A stretch of 33,377 bases of DNA from Chiloscyllium plagiosum. Taxonomy: Eukaryota. Position numbers and translations under genes: made by a program. Below, one piece after another: positions 31,961 to 33,377 of this stretch. Positions within the stretch are counted from its first letter, which is position 1. Every line of letters starts with the position of its first letter. The notes under the pieces were generated by a model that was not told the DNA's origin, searched no databases, and worked only from the letters and a program-made list of their open reading frames with translations. The DNA is taken from positions 333,389 to 366,765 of the forward strand of contig NC_057718.1 in the NCBI RefSeq assembly GCF_004010195.1. Reading direction: 5' to 3'.

Positions 31961-33019
31961 GTAGCTTTTACTGTAGTCTTGTTTTTTGCTCATTTTCCCT
32001 CAATCTATAATTTTCTTTTTTAGTAATTTGTTACAGATATTTTAAAGTTTCTAGATGTTCTTGACTACTAGTAATTTTTACAGTTCCATATATCCTTCTC
32101 ATTGTCTTTCTTTTCCAATGGAATACGAGTGTTGTTGTGAATTCTGAAATGTCACCTTTGGTGCCTGATACTTCCACCTCCTCAGTAATCTTGCTTTTAA
32201 CCTCTCCTCCCATTCCAAGTCATCCAAATCTATCTTTATTCCTTTTAATTGCATGTACTTCAGTTTAACTCTCACCGTTACATAGAACATGAAATTCAAT
32301 TGTTAGAATAACTCTTCCAAAAGAGTCCTGCACCTTGATATCATTAATTAATCAGTAAATAATCAGACAGATTACTAAGCACAAAGGAGCCCATTCCCCG
32401 ATTGTTTCCAGCATGTATTGTTCTAAGAAACTATCCTCATTCTCCAAGAAGCCAAAAAGCCACTCTCATCAGTTGTGAAGAAGAGTCATATTGAACTCAA
32501 ATTCTCTCTCTCTCTGCACAGATGTTGCCAGATCCTGATAAGTTTCTTCAATTTTTATGCCACCAATAACTTTCTTCCTTTGCAATTGTTTATTTCTACC
32601 CAAACAGTTCCTCCATTACAATCCTCTGATCCAAGATCATTTCTCACCACTGAATTGATTTCAATGTTTATTCTGAGAATGATTCCACCTCTTTTCCCTC
32701 CCCTCTTGTCATTCCAAAATGTCATATGGCATTATATAATTTCTTCCTTTTTGTGCTATCAATTCATCCATCTTATTTTATGAATGCACACAATATTCAA
32801 AGAGCTTTTAATTCTGTTTTTTTGACATTTTTCCTTACTCTGACTTTATTTGACTTGAAAATTGATACATTTTTACAGCACAGAAGGAAGCCATTTGGTC
32901 CATCATATCCATGGTCAATAAAATCAGATTACACTTACTCCATTTTCCAGCTCTTGGTCCACAGTACTAGACGTTATAGCACCACAAGTGAATATCTAAG
33001 TACTACTTAAATGTTACAG

Positions 33020-33377
33020 GGGTGGGGGAGCCCATGGAGGAAGCTCACCACCATCCTGTCAAAGGTACCAAGGAAAGGGGAAGAAATGTGGTTGTTATGG
33101 GGGACTTTAACTTTCCTGATATTGATTGGGAAAGCTATAGCTCAAGTTCGTTAGATGGGTCAGTGTTTGTTCAATGTGTGCAGGAGAGTTTCCTGACACA
33201 ATATGTAGATAGGCCAACAAGAGGTGAGGCCATACTGGATTTGGTTCTGGGTAACGAACCAGGCCAGGTGTTAGAATTAGAGGTAGGTGAGCACTTTGGG
33301 GATAGTGACCACAATTCGGTGATTTTTACTCTCGTGATGGAGAGGGATAAGTGTGCACCACAGGGCAAGAGTTATAG
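33020..33377 (+). mobile_element. CR1 endonuclease fragment running off the window
   Basis: Encodes VVVMGDFNFPDIDW...FLTQYVDRPTRGEAILDLVLGNEPG...DSDHN. Confidence 0.9.

Noticed and set aside
31960..33000. Unique regulatory sequence
   Set aside because: Parts translate on the minus strand to CR1 endonuclease-like remnants (DSFLEQY near 32430), so it is probably ancient LINE debris.

Overview
Eukaryotic genomic DNA, probably from a shark (inferred from the dense CR1 and Penelope-like repeats). The window holds the 5' end of EMILIN1 on the minus strand. Coding exon 1 (23652-23498), exon 2 (4589-4464) and exon 3 (1056-863) splice in frame at GT-AG sites into a signal peptide plus a complete 7-Cys EMI domain; the rest of the gene lies left of the window. 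The supplied ORF track misses exons 1 and 2. Almost everything else is decayed and often nested CR1 LINEs, L2/CR1-like LINE pieces, Penelope-like elements (PLEs), a tRNA-derived SINE and two possible Harbinger remnants, plus three N gaps. The most striking feature is a 3.7-kb minisatellite with a 66-bp unit that grew out of the EMILIN1 exon 1/intron 1 junction and places 56 extra copies of the splice donor CAG|GTAAGG directly downstream of the real one. At least nine hammerhead-ribozyme-like cores are carried by PLE termini; two are nearly intact, and one of those is in the EMILIN1 sense orientation about 210 bp past the donor array. Repeat family names and human EMILIN1 similarity are from recall, not from database searches, and repeat boundaries are approximate unless a target-site duplication (TSD) is cited.
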